Position numbers and translations under genes: made by a program | NCBI GenBank assembly: GCA_016930515.1 | Contig: JAFGGO010000075.1 | Location: 1 to 16,848 of the forward strand | Direction of reading: 5' to 3' | Origin: Promethearchaeota archaeon | GTDB taxonomy: Archaea > Asgardarchaeota > Lokiarchaeia > Sigyniarchaeales > SOKP01 | Length of the DNA stretch: 16,848 nt | The notes under the pieces: model-generated | Databases searched by the model: none | Seen by the model: only the letters and a program-made list of their open reading frames with translations | What the model was told of the DNA's origin: nothing | Part shown: positions 16,001 to 16,848 of the stretch, one piece after another | Layout of the letters: every line of letters starts with the position of its first letter | How positions within the stretch are numbered: position 1 is the stretch's first letter

Positions 16001-16820
16001 TCTCGTATTGAATGGCCGCATCTTCGTACTTATTCTTATTAAAAAGCAAATTACCTTCTAAAATCATCCTCTCAGCGTAATATTTCTTGAAAGTATTAGA
16101 TAACTTAGGATCTGTTGCTTCTAAAACATTACTGGCTTCCAAAAAAAGGCTCATTTTGGTAAAAAGATAGGCTGATTGTTCGGAAAAAATATAAAATTCT
16201 TGTTTATTGTAAATTTCGGCAATAGCTGATAATTTCTTTATTGCTTGGGCAGCATAAAAATAATTTTTATTTATAAAATAAAAATTTGCAAGCTGTAAAT
16301 ATATTGGATATCTCATCCATGCGTTCTCAATGTTTAACGGGGTATCTCCCGAAATCATTGCTAAACAGAGACATTGAAGTACTTGATGAAATTGATTTGG
16401 GAAAAGATTAACAAATGCTTCGAGATTGGGATAATTAACCCATACTTTTTCTAATAACTCGTTCGTGGAAATTGGAATTATTCCATCTGGATTGTAAAAA
16501 AGAATTATTGTTGGAATGTCGCGCTTTACTGAAAATATTATCGGGATGATGATATTAAAAAGTTCTGATTCTTCTTCGTTTAACGGGTCTAAAAAATATA
16601 CGATTCCATCAACGCTAGGGATGATATCGTCAAAATCTGCCGTGATAAAATCGGTAATCGCATCGATTTCTAAATCGCAGATGTTTTCTAAAACATTTAG
16701 TTCTCTATACCACTCTTTATATGGGCCTCTATTTTCACCTTTATCGTTAAAAGCAGCTACAAGATGTTTAATTGAGAACCTTGGATTTCCTAGCGCTAAT
16801 ACTTTAAAAACATATCTCAT
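13089..16820 (-). CDS. Large alpha-solenoid (TPR/SNAP-like) protein with a degenerate N-terminal small-GTPase-like domain and three C-terminal repeats
   Basis: 1243 aa. It begins 'MRYVFKVLALG' and has 'VDGIVYFLD' and 'DIPTIILF' at GTPase beta4/beta5 positions. TPR-like helices follow ('EGNLLFNKNKYEDAAIQYESAG'), then three repeats 'KR..(M/I)(K/R)..Y...AL..L......A...YL...L.LF..E'. Confidence 0.8.
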   Translation of the reverse strand: MRYVFKVLALGNPRFSIKHLVAAFNDKGENRGPYKEWYRELNVLENICDLEIDAITDFITADFDDIIPSVDGIVYFLDPLNEEESELFNIIIPIIFSVKRDIPTIILFYNPDGIIPISTNELLEKVWVNYPNLEAFVNLFPNQFHQVLQCLCLAMISGDTPLNIENAWMRYPIYLQLANFYFINKNYFYAAQAIKKLSAIAEIYNKQEFYIFSEQSAYLFTKMSLFLEASNVLEATDPKLSNTFKKYYAERMILEGNLLFNKNKYEDAAIQYESAGQWASIELNDKRIVKSAFELAINAWISACQVEKAFLILERLPHQDIVPLLENLASKINAAADFLISNGNFIDAKEQLYYAIFRFQKESLFEHLKIFVVKLLEVLIKIYEEAISSRTFLLAKETFDEIENIWDSFKIKKTNYDNLLEKLITLAIEKLDFSMAGVLINKLESMDLKKQLNKYNLKKEEENKKFVKKEQQEYIQTGIEVLNEFFQAEMDIIAQMNSKKIEQANSFIEQNDWLKAALHIKTQADFLREIGKSKIESQILAKSMDILLEGKYYNEFFEYFSFLNEDLQKAYLVRVYPSFIAQLKEIKSGKDFDDILMIFEKSITIYRTHDLYEESKQISEIFIRLLEEEGKKIVSENRNLKGINLALGIIKKILTITSAYLDKFKVNFDDIYKQIAEIYIYELNDLASANVCNDKIEDKEIKKEIHKIIAHKESEKSAEAARIAKDSIKGEFLKERFSIIEKKARDALHDKVNELKKRTGIKRAYFKDALNYLKNKDFEKAIESYLNSTKRLLIINRYNLAAVSFAMSCLLLFKQNKINDISNLFEEENELFSNKLFTETFPVILINYLMDMKNINENLKYEEAALFLESLPLFDEELDVLYDHLGRKRVHEQEEKTIEKIVNISDIEKNIRNYADKIENTKRDVGKRNLMKKDYWEKALEQLSEGNLTSASIIYLDTFNELASKDLYKHAAISLIMGCLILITEKSVRVASLTFDRQISTTPKIKRNELQNLAEILLMEHIFKAHESHSNSLIRLSYKQIIDKLILFEPEIEFLRQYTDAVDLVDDSKQMLSRKERAQLSDYNLKIEQLLDDLQLKMRDVLSDSKSLLEKRTAMRRHYYDDVLLLLKRKEFQQANKKYLQIAEKISKRNDFKTSSLLVLLFVLTSLKAENSIEDIENKIEVYLNSLGLNKPLVKETYEISLVLFILEVFKRKLTGYIQKIKELLEVLPLFMEERNMTEIDLY
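13116..14552 (-). repeat. Three diverged protein-level repeats (~125-aa core, ~170-185-aa period) inside the large CDS
   Basis: R1 ~14552-14188 KRTGIKRAYFKDALNYL...LPLFDEE; R2 ~14042-13665 KRNLMKKDYWEKALEQL...LILFEPE; R3 ~13490-13116 KRTAMRRHYYDDVLLLL...LPLFMEE. Confidence 0.8.
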
Positions 16821-16848
16821 GGTAAAACCCGAATTGACTGCGCATTCT

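Noticed and set aside
1-16848. CRISPR arrays, tRNA/rRNA, transposases, integrases, defence genes
   Set aside because: No direct-repeat arrays, structured RNA signatures or relevant protein motifs seen by eye.

Overview
AT-rich, gene-dense chromosomal segment that is very probably from an Asgard archaeon (Lokiarchaeia/Promethearchaeota-like). This is inferred from an archaeal TFB next to several eukaryotic-signature protein types. Fourteen credible CDSs are present: two Roadblock/LC7 proteins, a 12-TM MFS-fold protein fused to a C-terminal longin-like domain, a Rab-like GTPase (probably CTG-initiated), a multidomain Arf/Rag-like GTPase, a 1243-aa protein with a degenerate GTPase-like head, alpha-solenoid and three large internal repeats, a CTP-dependent polyprenol/diacylglycerol kinase-type enzyme, a HAD-IIA phosphatase, a PAP2 phosphatase, an M20 peptidase with altered metal ligands, a TFB paralogue, a Zn-ribbon protein, a DUF5658-like membrane protein and a mosaic hypothetical. 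I saw no rRNA, tRNA, CRISPR or mobile element. The best candidate for an undescribed system is a membrane 'transceptor'-longin/roadblock/small-GTPase signalling set. All family calls come from reading motifs by eye, not from database searches.
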